Below are positions 51,142 through 64,000 of a DNA stretch of 64,000 bases, piece by piece. The stretch comes from Phoronis australis (lineage: Eukaryota > Animalia > Phoronida). Position 1 is the first letter of the stretch; every line of letters starts with the position of its first letter. The translations under genes and the position numbers were made by a program. The stretch lies in contig NMRA01000294.1 in the NCBI GenBank assembly GCA_002633005.1, positions 178,948-242,947 on the forward strand, read 5' to 3'. Below the pieces are notes generated by a model. It searched no databases. It was not told the origin of the DNA and saw only the letters and a list, made by a program, of their open reading frames with translations.

Positions 51142-51420
51142 AGAAGCATGGAACGCGAGAGATCGTCAAAAATATCTTTAAAAATATCCTGAAAATAATT
51201 GCCGGCGAAAGTACCAATTTGTAACTTCTAGTACAGGTTAATTCACTTCCCCTATGAGAAAATTTCTCAAAATATCATATAGATTTTGATTTTTGAAATA
51301 CGCCCTAAAGAAAAACTCTGTGGTTACCTCAAAGTTTCTGATCTCCTTCCCACTTATGATAAATGCGCGCATGCACTCATAGTCACTTGCGTTAAGTCGC
51401 TTGAGGTCAAAGGTCACATC
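51142..51420 (-). mobile_element. Kolobok-type family B terminal fragment, inside a ccaaatgag/ctcatttgg MITE (~51107-51600)
   Basis: TTAA|AGAAGCATGGAACGCGA start. Reverse-complement similarity to 18220-18483. Confidence 0.7.
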
Positions 51421-52653
51421 AAATAATTACTTTACGCCATAAATACTTACTTTGCGCCCGGTAGTCAAAATTTGCTTTAGGCGGCAAATAATTACTTTAC
51501 GCCGCAAATATTTACTGTACGCATCTAAATAATCACTTTACGCCTCTAACAAAAATTAACTTACACACGTAATTTACGTCCGTAACGTATACTCATTTGG
51601 ACACCGATAGATGGCCGGTTGGCAATTAAGGTCGGCAGTAAAGTCGGCTGGGGTCGCCATGTTAGTCGGCATTGTGGCTGGATGCCAGTCGGCTAAAATT
51701 TAGTTGACCGGTCGGCTATTTTAAAAATAGTCGTTATAAGTTGAGCGAGTTCGTGTTGCGGGTTCAACAACGTACAATAAGATCCAGACGTCGTTTAATT
51801 ACTCGTGCCTGTTGCTTGCGATACCAAAATATTATAGCTTTCTGTAACTAAGATCACGACTCGGCCTTTGTAGCTAAATGAAGAAAATGGGGTGGCCCAG
51901 GTTTAACAGCAGTTATGTTTACTTAATGGGAAATCGTAGTTCCTTGGCGTTATTTTGAGTAAATCGAGTCCAGAAATGTGCCTTCTGCCTAGATACGGAC
52001 ACATTGTAACATGTATTTCTGGAATCTAGAGCGAAAGAACACTCGGGTTATGCATCGGGGCAGTCGGGAATTTGCGACTTTAGGTACAACAAGTCCAAAA
52101 TCCCATTTTTGGTCAATTTGGCATCTCAAGTATTTCCGGTGTACATATGGAAGTAAAAGATCATGGCTTTATTGAATTTTCTAGTATTTGAGAAATTCCA
52201 TATAGTTTTCTTTCTGTCACTTACGCCTTGTTCAGCTTCCTTGAGGCAGGAAGCACTCGAATTGTGGTCTTTGCCCATAATGTCTTTGGCGATACTGAAA
52301 TGTTGGATTTGCAGTTTGTTAAAAATAAGTATTTGTTGAGAACTTTGAGCGTTTTGGAATCGATCACACACTAATGTGCAGATGCCCGGGTCAGAAGTGG
52401 GGAACGTTTATGGTTTATGGTCTTTGTCAAGGAAAGTGGTTATCACTTAAGGGAGTTTTACATGAAGCAATTTGTAAAATTCTTTCTCCTTAGAGGTTTG
52501 CACAAAAACATTTTAAATAGTTATTCGCGTGTGTTTTTATAAAGCAACCAATATATGCATTGTCTATGAGGATTGATGGTTACTTGACATGGTCAGGAGT
52601 CAGTGACTTCATTTACTTCCTAGTACAAGGGATTGTTAATATACATATATAAA

Positions 52654-52785
52654 TGTGTTTGTGTGTGTGTGTGTGTATGTGCAGGGCAGAGCAGGCCAGG
52701 GCTGGACAGGGCNGTGTGTGTGTGTGCCGTGTGTATGTATGTATGTATGTATGTATGTTTGTATGTTTGTATGTATGTATGTACA
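52654..52785. repeat. (TG)n/(TATG)n microsatellite with an N junction
   Basis: Direct reading of the sequence; n at 52713. Confidence 0.9.
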
Positions 52786-55700
52786 TATACTTATTTATTT
52801 GTGCTTATATGTTTATGTGTGGTTAGCTTGTGAAATACACGATCGTAGTATCTAAACAATTTCCTGTCTTCAGGTGTGCAGACATAACGGACAAACAAGT
52901 TAAAATACTACTACGGGATCAACTGTGTTTACGACAGATACGGAAGTTGCCCTGGTGATACATGCTCAAGTTAGAAAACAAAAATATCCCCTAAAAGCTG
53001 TGCTGTTATCAATGCTTTTTAAAGTCCGTATCTCAAAGGGCATTCTAGTTCAAAAACTAAAAAATATATCCCAAATTACGTAATATGTAACATAGGCTAA
53101 CATAATGTTCATATCCTTTCTGTTATCAAACTAAAAGCCTTTTAGCACAATTTTGTACCTCGGCCGAGATCGGAAAGTCATTGACTATTCCCGTCTTTTT
53201 CCGTGACCTGAGTTCCTGTGTGTCAGTTCAGGAACGATTCCTGATGTCAGCCCTGTTGTCCTTGAAAACGTATTGACATCACCGTGAACGCAAATGCGTT
53301 GTTACCTTGTTTGGTTGTTTTTGATTCCCATTTTGGCTCTTTTAAATAAAGTTGATTATTTATTGTCCTAATTTTACCTGTTCTTTGCATACGACGAATG
53401 TTATTAAATGCATAATAATAAGTTTGAAGTACCGTTGCAACGTCTCCGTCGTAGCCAACGCCAGGCTACTGAGGTCAGACCTGACTCATCGCGAGGGTAC
53501 CCGTATGTCAAATTAGCAACAGTAAACGTTTAGGTAATAAATTAGAGGAAAAAAGTTTCTTGGTCAACAGATGTCTTATCTTTATCGCCATATCTTGAAA
53601 TTGATGCAAAGTACTAGCATGAAGTGAGCAATTGCCGTGTCACGGTGACTACGCGGACGTGCTGTGAGCGCAATGCGGCACCGGCTTTACTGGCCACTTA
53701 AAAATGTAAAATAGACAAAAAAAACATCTACATACGGCGACGTTTCGACAGAAAAAACACATTTTATCTCAAAACAAAGAGCTCCACATCTGTGCTTGAA
53801 TTTACTGCCAGGACACAGTAACCGGTGAAGTGAATTCCCCGGCCTGCAGGCGCCTTGACTTTTCGCCGGGAACTGATAATCACTTGCTAAAGTGGCTTTG
53901 ATTTTCAATTATCAGCGAAAATATATTTTCAAACCTCACAAAAACAACTTAAAATATATACCTCTGTTGTCTAAATATAAAAATTCCGCGCTGCGCAAAA
54001 CAGAGCAGGGGGAGTGTAGTGAATTTTAGTCAATGAGATGAATGTCGGTGATGGAAACATACTGCAGTGTTAGGAGCATGAAGTAGTATTTTTTAATCTT
54101 TTTGTTACAGGAATTTTGCTCATTAAGGGCCGGGTAGCTAAATAATGTGTTCATCTTACCCTGCATGAGGGGCACAGATGTCAGCCGGCGCATGGCAGGC
54201 CCGGCGGCGGTCCGGCGAGTAGTGTTCGTAGGTAGAAAAGTTCAATATCCTTCTAGACAGACACCGGAGGGACTGAAATGAAACTGGCCACCCTCCCTCC
54301 GCGTCCGCGAAAAAACGGCCCGCGAGAAAAAAAAATAGAACACCTCATATCCAAACAGGGTGCCGGTTCAATACCTGGGACCAAGGCGGTGCAGAAACGG
54401 GAGCAACGAAGGTCTGTAGTGGAGCGGGGGAGACGGAGTTTGTGCAAACGATGCATTTTATATAATAGATATTCCAAAAAGGTGTTTACATGCTTGATTT
54501 GCTTTTTGTAGTAACCGGTAAAAGAGAAAAGAAAAGCAAGGTAAGATCAAGCACAGTCGGTAGCCATTTTGACATATCAGTGTTCACCACGACCAATTTT
54601 AACCTGTTTCGTCGACGGTTTTGTCGATGGTCCCATCAGGTTTGGGTAACCTACACTGCAGCATACTGTACGAGCTTTGTGTTTGTAACAAAGAATGGCT
54701 GCCAGCTGAAGTCGAGTCCAGTATCGTCTTTCCGACAGCAGGTTTGGATTTTCAGTTTTGGAGCACAATGACTATGTAACATGTCACACATTGCAACATG
54801 AAAGTGTCAGGCATAAAACCGAATACGATTCTAGATGTGATCAATCTTATTTGATAACTTCAAAACTGTTTCGTTCACGGACCGTCTTACTTTGGATACC
54901 ATACTTTATGGTTACTGTGTTTAAAGTGTATTGTCAGTGATTTAAGTATCTAGTTAGTTCTTTTCTTTTTGATACCCTGCCGTGGAGGGAGATGTTCCGT
55001 GACCTATTTTCTGTCTTTGACCAATAATTTTGTAATTTCACCTGTCGTGCGTTCAATAACGCTAGTACCTAGCTAAAATCTAACACAAGTCACGTGTTAA
55101 TTCTCATTAAAAATACACGGCAATATCTCACGTAATCCCGCGAAGTCTTGCTTTTTAGCGAGGCCCTATATATAACGGGAGGCTGGTTCTGGAGATTAAA
55201 ATGGCTTCTATCCAACCATACTTGCAGTGACACGTTTAGGTCTACAACACGAAACCAACCGGATGTTATTCGAACGAGGCAAAGCGTTAATACATGCACC
55301 AGTTTTGAAATATCCGTCAAGTTTATTAATGATTGTCATCTCGGTTTACTTAGGTAAACATTTGACCTGATGCGGGGCACGCCGAACACTGTCTTACAAA
55401 CCCAAAATGCAAAAATGTGGTGATCGTTTACTATTTTTTACCGTAATATTCCGCATTATCAACTGATTCCACAACAGGGCTCGCGCAATAAACGCCAAAA
55501 TGAATATCATAAACAGGAAACACGAAATTTTTTGACAGTCTTGACTTTATGGGCTAGTACAAAGATAAATGCAGGAAATTCCCGGCTTGACAGTGCAAGG
55601 GCATGGGTTCGCTTTTTAGAAAAGTGGACAAAAATTAAGTGAGCCTATTTGCACTAAAGCCTGGAACAAAGGATGAGATCTTGGCCACTTAATACGGAAG

Positions 55701-58700
55701 TAAGAAGTACACGACTCGGTATGACAGAAAAAATGATCACGCCGAAATTTTGCGGCCACACAACCCGGAGATTTTTCCGTCGCGGTAAGGGAAGGAGGCG
55801 TCAGGTGGAGGCGGGTGTCCGCCGCTTTTGAGTTGTTTTTGTCCGACGGACCCCAAACCAACATCCGGGCCTCTCGTGTTATAGTTTTGATATATAGATA
55901 TTTCGAGACCACGTGTCTTATCATCAGGCAATGAGTGAAATGAGCTTATAGAAAGCGAAATAAATATAGTGGAATAAACGGTAACAGCAGGCAGAGACGC
56001 ATATAAGCAGTGAGAGAGCGTGAATGGATCACATGCTAGAAAGACCAAAAGCCTAACGGAACTGGGCAAACGTGTGATATACACCTGTTAGTTGCTCATT
56101 CAGCACAGGATTTTTGTGACTGATCAATAAGGACTCCAAAATCTTTTACCAAAATGTGTCATTTTCAACACAGCGAATAATGGTATTGCTATTTCTTGAT
56201 TTCGGCCATGTTGATGTAAAGATGATCTTGTATGGACCCGCCGACCTACACGTGCGTGCATGAACAACCGTCGAGAGAGGTAACATTCCGTGTGTCCAAT
56301 GTAACGCTGTTCACAAAAATGAGTACGAAGTCATTCGTCCATATGCCATGTGGGGTTGGTTACGCTAACGAGGTTTAGTCAAGTACGGACAAAACTGCCG
56401 GTGTTGCAACAACAGAAGGGGCAGTAGTTCACGGTGCCTTCCACATGGGGGCGACAAGCATTTTTTTGGTTGAGGAAGAGCGATTTCATTGAAATTGGTG
56501 GTGCGCCACTGCCTCTTGTTGAATAATTCTGTGAATCTGCCCTCGAGTGGAACCCAATGATCTGTGTACATTGGTAGTTAAGCGGTCAAAACAAAATACC
56601 AGTGCCATTTGAATTTGTGAGAAGTGGCAGCGAAAGTGAGATTAATTAACTTATAAACGTGTTTTTATTGATAATAGTCCTGGCGTAGAGGTTAATGAGA
56701 TTATAATTGCATAATCACGCAGACGAGAGCACTAAGCCGACTGGCACCTACCCGTGTGCAGCATAAGAGAACATTTCGTCGCGTATCTAACCCCGTTCAA
56801 TTAAAAGGTTTTTCCCCAATCAGGTAATTAACTCCAGTACATTGGCCCTCCGAACAGTAACAGTAAAATTGGGTTGACTAACCACTGCGCAATGTATATG
56901 TTTGCGGCGTGTCAATGCTGTGGCTGGTGAATAAGTAATTTGTCCTTTAGACATGAAACATCATACTCGCCAATTGGTTTTTAGCCCGTGTTCTACGGCT
57001 TGATGAACCTTTATTTTCGCGTCATTGACTGACGGCGTGGTTACGTATTTTGGCTGCACGCTCACAAACACAACACGGAACCCTTAAACCAAAACCTACT
57101 ACTCGCTCATACATGTTAATTTCAACTAAAAGTCACTCAATATGTTGAAGACTGTTATTTCACATCTTATGTTCCGTGTTATAGTTATGTATTGCGATGA
57201 AAGTTTAATCGTCAAATTTAAAAAGATGGGGGATTAGCCACGTGAAGACATCAGTGGAGTAGATGACTGCCGTTCGATAGTGTCGAAATGCGTACATGTA
57301 TACCTATAAACACGGTCGATGGGGTCACTGTTCTTCTCGTCTTGGTGTCTCCCAGTGACGTAGTTGTCAACTACACATCCTCGACATCGCAAAATCCAAT
57401 CCCAAACTCAAGCAAAGTCCTCTTTTATTGATCCCTCTTCGTGACGAGAAAGTGACCGACGCGCGAATCCGCAGCTGCGTTCTATTTTTGGCAAGTCAGC
57501 ATCGTAACAACGCCGCCGCTTAGTAAAATCGTTTTGAAATTTTAAAGGATAACTCTTTGGATTATTCAGAACATATTTTCAGTAAGGCAATTTTTTACTG
57601 GATTACACCACAGGACTCGCTTAAGAGAAGCTTTGACTTGCATGTACATGTAGATACCACATAAGACAAATTAATTAGAATCCAGGAAGTGTTTGTTCAA
57701 TATGTAACAGGATTAAACAAGTGTCAGTGATTTGTAATTAGTCGGTTCCATTATAAGTTAATTTAGCGATTTATAATAGTTTTCGGGGATTTATAGCCTG
57801 ACAATATTTAACGCTTTGCCAGATACGTGATTTACAACGTATTCAAACAAACTGTATTACTGACAAAAGCCAGCTTTGATTCGATTGACTGTGCCCATAG
57901 ACACAAATCATCAGCAAGAAAAATTTATAGTTGGTTTTGGTTCGAGAACACCTGTGTGCTCAACTTCTCTTCGAATTCCTAAACTTTGATCCTCCTGCTA
58001 TATCGATTTTCTGGTGCGGATATTTTGAGTTTTAAAATTCTTTTGAAATCACTTTTGAAATACGGTAACACATGTTTCAATGTAAAATGTCAGGCTGGAG
58101 TGTTTTTGATCGACGTGACATTTTCCTTCGCCACTAGGGCCAGTTCATGTGGCATTTCCCCTCGTTTTTTAGCTGCCAATATCCATTCTTTAACCCATCC
58201 AGCAAGTCAAGTCACAAAAATGTGTTCGTCGGCCATTCAAGCTTTCAAATTCGCAATATCTTAGGCTTGGCCAACTAAAACACTCTTAAAACGTTTTCTT
58301 TTGTCACTGGTGGTTTCGAAGGTATCGTTAGTAACGGATTTCCCGTCTTATCAAGGCAAGGAATGATAGGAGACGGCAAAAGTGGCTTAATTTATTTTCG
58401 TTTTTTTAAACTGGGGAAATGCAATTTTCAAAGCGTCTCTATCTTAGCCTGCACTGCCTCAGCCCACTGTTGTGTAAGGACACGTATTCTCGTTGCTAAG
58501 TACTAGCGATTAGCTAACTGAAATTACTTGTATAATTGATTTTTTTGTTTGATTACAAAACATACGTCAGCTAAAACTGGATAAGTTATCATACCAATCC
58601 TATTTCACAGCACACTTTTCTTAATTATCAATCAATCGGAAGAAACGTGAAATTGACTATGGACATGTTGCTTCCCTCTTTATATGTCAACGATGAGACC

Positions 58701-58719
58701 AGTTGTTTCGTTTGCATAT

Positions 58720-59030
58720 GTACCTGTATGACTGTTAACACTGGCTTTGTCAGTCTGCCTACCTGTATGACTGGTAACACTCAGGTTTGTCAGTTTGTCT
58801 AGCTGTATGACTTATACTGGTTTTGTCTGCCTTTCTAGGCCTAACTGTATGATTGTTAACACTGGTTTTGCCAGTGCGTCTACTTGTATGACTGTTAACA
58901 CGAGTTGTGTTAGTCTACTTACCTGTATGACTGTTAGACTCAGGTTTGTCAGTCTGTCTACCGGTATGACTGTGAACACCGTGATTTGTGAGTCTGTCTA
59001 CCTGTATATCTACAAACACTGGATTTTCAG
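58720..59030. repeat. ~39-40-bp degenerate minisatellite followed by CT/GT-rich low-complexity sequence to ~59410
   Basis: Unit acctgtatgactgttaacactggctttgtcagtctgcct, about 7 copies. Confidence 0.85.
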
Positions 59031-59911
59031 GTTTTTTACACGTTGCTAACTCTGGGTTCCTCACTGAAGGCCTCTGGATTGTCAGTCTTTCTACTTGCTT
59101 TTTGTCTCAGCTTTGTATCTGCTTTTGTATTGTTTGTCTGAACGTGTGACTGCCTCTCTTTGTCTTTCTCTCTGTTTATTTTTATATCTGTCTGCCTGTA
59201 TGTATGAATGTATGTATGTACCTGTGTCTTGCCTTTGTTTTGGTTGTTCGAATGACTCTCTACCTGAATGTCTAATTGTGTCTCCCCTTCTCTTTTCGAC
59301 TAGTCCACTTGTCTTTCTGCCTGTCTGTGTGTCTGTCTTACTTTGTTTGCCTGTCTGTCTGTCATCACTATCATCTGTATCTTGCTGGCTACCTACCACT
59401 CTGTCTGCCTATTAGGGCGTTTTCCATGTATGAATCTGCTCGCAAAAGCATCAGCGTAAAATTCGATGTGTGATTGAGGAACGGCTATGGTTTCGTAGCC
59501 CGTGATACGGTATATGGCCTTTACACGCATACTCGAGATTGTCCACGGCGGCCCCTTCAATGAGCAGTACCTTTTTGTGGGAATAAAGATTTTAAAAAAG
59601 CAACCGAATCAATGAAACACATTACGGCTGAAATTGTCAGTAGAATACAGGAAAAGTCAGGTAATATATACGAAAGTTGCGTTTCGTTCGGAACTTCCCG
59701 CCCGAGCAAAACAATTAATGGTTAACTTTAACGTGCTTATTATAGTTAGTGACTTTCTGCAGTACAAATAATTGTATTTCAAATCCGACTTTAATACAAT
59801 GTAGGTGCTACATAAGTTATACATGTATAACTAGTGTACGGGTACTTTCAGATACGCATTTCGGCGTCAGGACTACATGAAACCAAGTCAACTAACGAAG
59901 AGTATGTGCTA

Positions 59912-60980
59912 AAGCTGCTTGGTATTGCAGTCTTTCTAATTGAAGAAGTATGCCAGCGTTTGCCGATTGGTAGATTATGTCACAGTAATCTAGATGTGGA
60001 AGTACAAAAGGCTTGAACAGAGCCATAACAGGGGCATACAAAGGGTCCAGCACAACCAAGGTTCTAAAAAGTCTCAATTGGAAAAACTAGTAACCCGTCG
60101 TAAACGCCACCTGTCCATGTAAACAGTCAAAGTCTTAACCAACATAAACAATTACTCTAACAAAATCCTCTTTGACTCCAACAAAAGACTAAATACGAGA
60201 CCAGAACAGCGGCAAAGTAATATAATGCACACTATTTCATCTTCCATCAGCTAAGCCTTCAGGAGATCATCGATATTAACTTGTATTGACAACTGGAATT
60301 CCTTACCATTTAAAATAAAAGAAAGCACTTCAATCGTCATTCTCAAAAATAACTTTAAAATGCATACCACTACTCAAGACTTGCCAGTCCCATTGACATC
60401 ATTCCAACTTCCTCGCAACCGTTAAATAACCCTGTACAGATCATGATGCGGTCTAATCCTAAACAACGATAAATTTAGACACAATTTAATAACATTTCCC
60501 CTCTGTGTTCCTGTGGAGACACTCAGACATATCCTCATGTTTTCTTTGCTTGTGACGTATGCAACGAGCAGAGGTTACAGCTTTTCCAGACACTCGAACA
60601 ATACCTCAATGTTTAAAAAAAAATTTCTGAAATTCCTCAATTGTTCAACAAAATTATTGTTTTCTATATGAATGTCAAGAACTCAACCCAAATGAAAATA
60701 AGGTTTAATTATTCGAAATAGTATCAGAATTTCTTTATAACATTAAATTTCTTTGTGTGAGCGGATAGAATAGTATACATGTGTATGAAAATGAATCATT
60801 TACATTCGTAACCATATATCAATGTAATCTTAACATCAGTTTTTTTAGTTTATGTATTCTTGTATAACAGTTGTATATAGACTTCTTTGTATTTTTTAAC
60901 CCAGATCTAATGCCTCTTGGCGCTTTCTGGGTTATGTATTTTCATTGTATTCTGAAAATTTGGTAATAAACATTTAAAGA
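59912..60980 (+). mobile_element. 5'-truncated, 5'-inverted CR1/L2-group LINE fragment
   Basis: Minus segment KPFVLPHLDYCDIIY...LERLQYQAAL (~59911-60015) continues as the plus segment RAITGAYKGSSTTKVLKSLNW...RR, then a decayed DKFRHNLI..C..C.G motif. AATAAA at 60965. 14-bp TSD aagagtaYgtgcta. Confidence 0.85.
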
Positions 60981-61462
60981 AAGAGTACGTGCTAGTAGTA
61001 TTTCATTTTTGTAACCATTTTTTCGAACAGACGATATTTGGTTGTGGGTTTGTCTTGCCGCAGGACGCTAAGTGCGCAGTGCCACTTCAATTTGTGTGAA
61101 TATTTTTCCTTCACGTCGCTGACGACTAATTCGACCATTAAGGTTAACAGTTGCTGTTTGTTTTGATGTTGTGGCCTTCTTGCAATACAGAGTCGTTGAC
61201 CGGAGTTCAACACAAGGCATGCAGTACAAGACCTGTTTCAATTAGTGAATTTACTGTTACACATATGTACATGAAGGACCTCATCGACAAGTCTCCGTAT
61301 TTAGCCAAAATATCAACAATAAAACTATTTTTTCCAAAGGCAAAAAGCCTGTAAAATGCTAATTTTGACTTTAAATCAATGTGCCATTGATTGGGTCATG
61401 TACTTATTTGTTAGTAGTAAACTTTAGCCAAAGGAGAAATACATTCATGGCATAACAAGGGT

Positions 61463-61618
61463 ATGAATAACATGGCCAAATATTGACATGAATAACATGG
61501 CCAAATATTGACATGAATAACATGGCCACATTTTGCCATGAATAACAAAGCCAAATACTGACCTGAATAACATGACCAAATATTGACATGAATTACATAG
61601 CCAAATATCGACATGAAT
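61463..61618. repeat. 25-bp minisatellite, ~6 copies
   Basis: Unit atgaataacatggccaaatattgac. Confidence 0.9.
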
Positions 61619-62261
61619 GTTGAAAATGAAATCTCAAAAACGCTGGAGTGTTTTCTTAATCATCATTTCGATTTTGATTTATACAAATTTCGATTTTTAT
61701 TAAAACCATAAAAGTCCTATTTTACTAACCTTTCATACAAAAGTAAAACATTTTGAAAATAATTTTCGCTTTGGAGAATGATGCATAATGCTTGGTATTA
61801 GACAGTTTCGAGTGAATCCAATCAGCTATCCATGTGACATGATACTCCTAAGTTAGTCAAAGTTTAACGTTATTTTATGGCCCTGGGTATCTTAAGTCGG
61901 AAACTTGCACATTTCATCTTGCTATCTTTTTGTTTTACCGAAAAGTACAGCATACGGTTCCTTTTAATACTCAGCGCTCCATACACCTGCTGAACAGACA
62001 ACGTCGTGATGACAGTCCGCAATTGTGGAGGTGTAGACATTAAATAGCGCCTATCTTTTTGAAACTGTTGCATGCCTCATTTTCACATCGTTTGCATATC
62101 TCTTAGAGGAGAACTGTGTCTAGAAGATGTACAGGTAAAAGATGACGTTAGAAAACCACAGACCTGCACTAACGTGTTTAGCAACTCAACCCACTTATAG
62201 TTTACTCTACATCTATACTGTATCTCGTTTACCTGTACATGTCTCGCTAGGCCACTTTTAA

Positions 62262-63660
62262 AGGAGAATGCCACCCAATTTATTTCGTTTTTCATCGTCT
62301 TAATCGGTCTATATCAACATCGCCTCTTATAAGGTCGATTTCACCTCTCCGAGAGTTGTCGCTTTAACCTGTGAGGAAGTTGAGTACACGACGCAGCGAC
62401 GTCACTGGTTCTTCAGATAAGTGTGTGCCGCTATTTTTGTGGTGCATCGTTTCTCATTGTGCGAACCATGAAGCTGCGAGGAAAGCGGGTATACCGATTT
62501 TTTTCGATTTTCTCGAGAACCCGAAATCTTTCGGAAGGGGTTCGCAGCAGTAAAGAATCAAAAACACGCCGTTAATACCAAGTATGAGGCCGTGAAATAT
62601 CTGTTTATATGGTCTGTATTGTTCTGTTTCAAAATTATTCTCCCCCTAACCAATGATCGATGAAACTGAAACGAATTGGTATATACAACTTGCAATGCCT
62701 TTGGAACGTTCGTCAGTGCAAATGTTTTAAGAAACCAACCACGAATAAATCATTCTACGTTTCCAGCTTCAGATGCAATAAAACTAATTGACAGGGCACC
62801 CGTAGGCCGGGTGAGCGCATGGTAATTCAGTGTTTGCTGACAGAAAGCTGTTGTTAAACAATTACTCGATTGTATGTGCTACGGTCAGACGTTAAGGGAA
62901 TCTTTATTTAGATATATATATACATTATTTGAATCATTGTTATTGTACACATTTTGTCCTGTACGGTTCTGTGTAAGGGAAACCTGGCTTCGCGGCACCC
63001 GACGGGTAAGTACATTTGCAATTTTGCGGTGTTTTTAACAAAATGTTCACGTCCAAACTCATTAGTTTAGTCTTTTTGTGACTGTAAGTTTAATTTTCAA
63101 CTCTGACAGCCGACTAACCCGGCTGATTTATGTTCGTGATGTCTTCAGTCGGCGATGGGCCTAATCGGGTTCCAAGCCGCTGGGTCACAACGAGCGTTTT
63201 GTGTGCTGAGAACTGAAAAAAATCGCAAGTCTGAAATCACAACACACGGCTATGCTCTCCTGTTTGTATTTCACGGAAGAATAATTCTAATTTATCACCG
63301 AGCAGATCCAAACTTCCAGGGACCGACCTCAATAAGCTGGCCCACCGAACTTTGTAGGCTACGGTACGCTCAAAATTTCTATAAATCCGCAACAGCGAAA
63401 TAAAACAATTCTTTTGTTTGAAAAACTCAATGTTTTTGTAAGGTTTTTGCATAGAATTCTGATAATTTATTGGTGTGACTCGATGAAGTCCACAGATAAG
63501 CTGACACCACTAAACCTGTTGTGAGCTGACGTTGTTAGAACCTATGTCATCATTGGTTAATTTCAACTCCTCCATCTGCCATCCGGTGTTAAGTGAAAGA
63601 ACTAAACTTGCTGTTATCGAGTGGAACCACAAAAATTCGTTGTTTTGATGGCATTCTCGT
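62262..63660 (+). mobile_element. Non-autonomous Kolobok-type element family A, full uninterrupted copy (~1.4 kb)
   Basis: TTAA at 62258-62261 and 63661-63664. TIR AGGAGAATGCCACC / GATGGCATTCTCGT. Colinear with 29003-30704. Confidence 0.88.
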
Positions 63661-64000
63661 TTAATGTTTTTAAATTTGCATTTCGTCCTGTTTATCCGAC
63701 TAGAAAACGAAAATCAGATAATGCCTTTAACTCTCGTTATACTTCTTACAGTGGCAGGATTCTGTTACCAACAAGCCAGAACACTGAAATCATTGGCTAC
63801 CCCCTCCCAAAAAAAACAGTTCAGAGCTTTTTGGGGTTAACTCGGTACATGTACTAATCATACGTCTGAAGTAACGCGCAACTCCGTGTCTGTCTCCACC
63901 AAGTTGAACGCATATTTGCGGCAACGTTTGGAAACCAGTCAAATCTCTATCGTTTGGAGGTTTACAAAGAGAAATATTAATGGTGTTAATATAAGGCAAG

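Noticed and set aside
52873-52955. Possible exon after a ttcctgtcttcag acceptor
   Set aside because: No convincing donor, protein similarity or partner exons.
54355-54395. B-box-like ggttcaatacc
   Set aside because: No A box, cloverleaf or second copy was seen.
55550-57600. Repeat-poor, CpG-richer stretch with TAAT clusters, possibly an enhancer or promoter
   Set aside because: It cannot be supported without conservation or chromatin data.
59091-59473. ORFs of ~65-106 aa on both strands
   Set aside because: They derive from low-complexity CT/GT-rich sequence.

Overview
This is AT-rich, intron-containing animal DNA, probably from a marine invertebrate deuterostome such as an echinoderm (inference from gene structure and repeat content). 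The only well-supported host gene is the 3' half of a paladin (PALD1) orthologue on the + strand. It has 10 coding exons from 10827 to 27157, all bounded by GT-AG and all phase 0, with an intact CX5R motif; its 5' exons are not visible in the window. The rest is a mosaic of decayed or non-autonomous transposons: TTAA-flanked Kolobok-type elements (one about 7 kb with THAP/transposase/KolX-like remnants), Helentron/DINE-1-like elements, a Helitron-like end, an RTE-X-like LINE, a CR1/L2-like LINE, two tRNA-derived SINEs, hAT-like MITEs, fold-backs and minisatellites. Four observations stand out. (1) A Helentron-like family carries co-oriented CTCF-consensus motifs about every 140 bp. (2) Paired repeat copies show TA dinucleotides expanded to TACATGTA, TAGGCCTA or TACGGTA, consistent with transposon excision footprints. 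(3) A CR1/L2-like insertion is 5'-inverted, as in twin priming, and keeps a 14-bp TSD. (4) A three-way nested insertion can be reconstructed at 1672-8800. All alignments were done by eye and no database searches were run.
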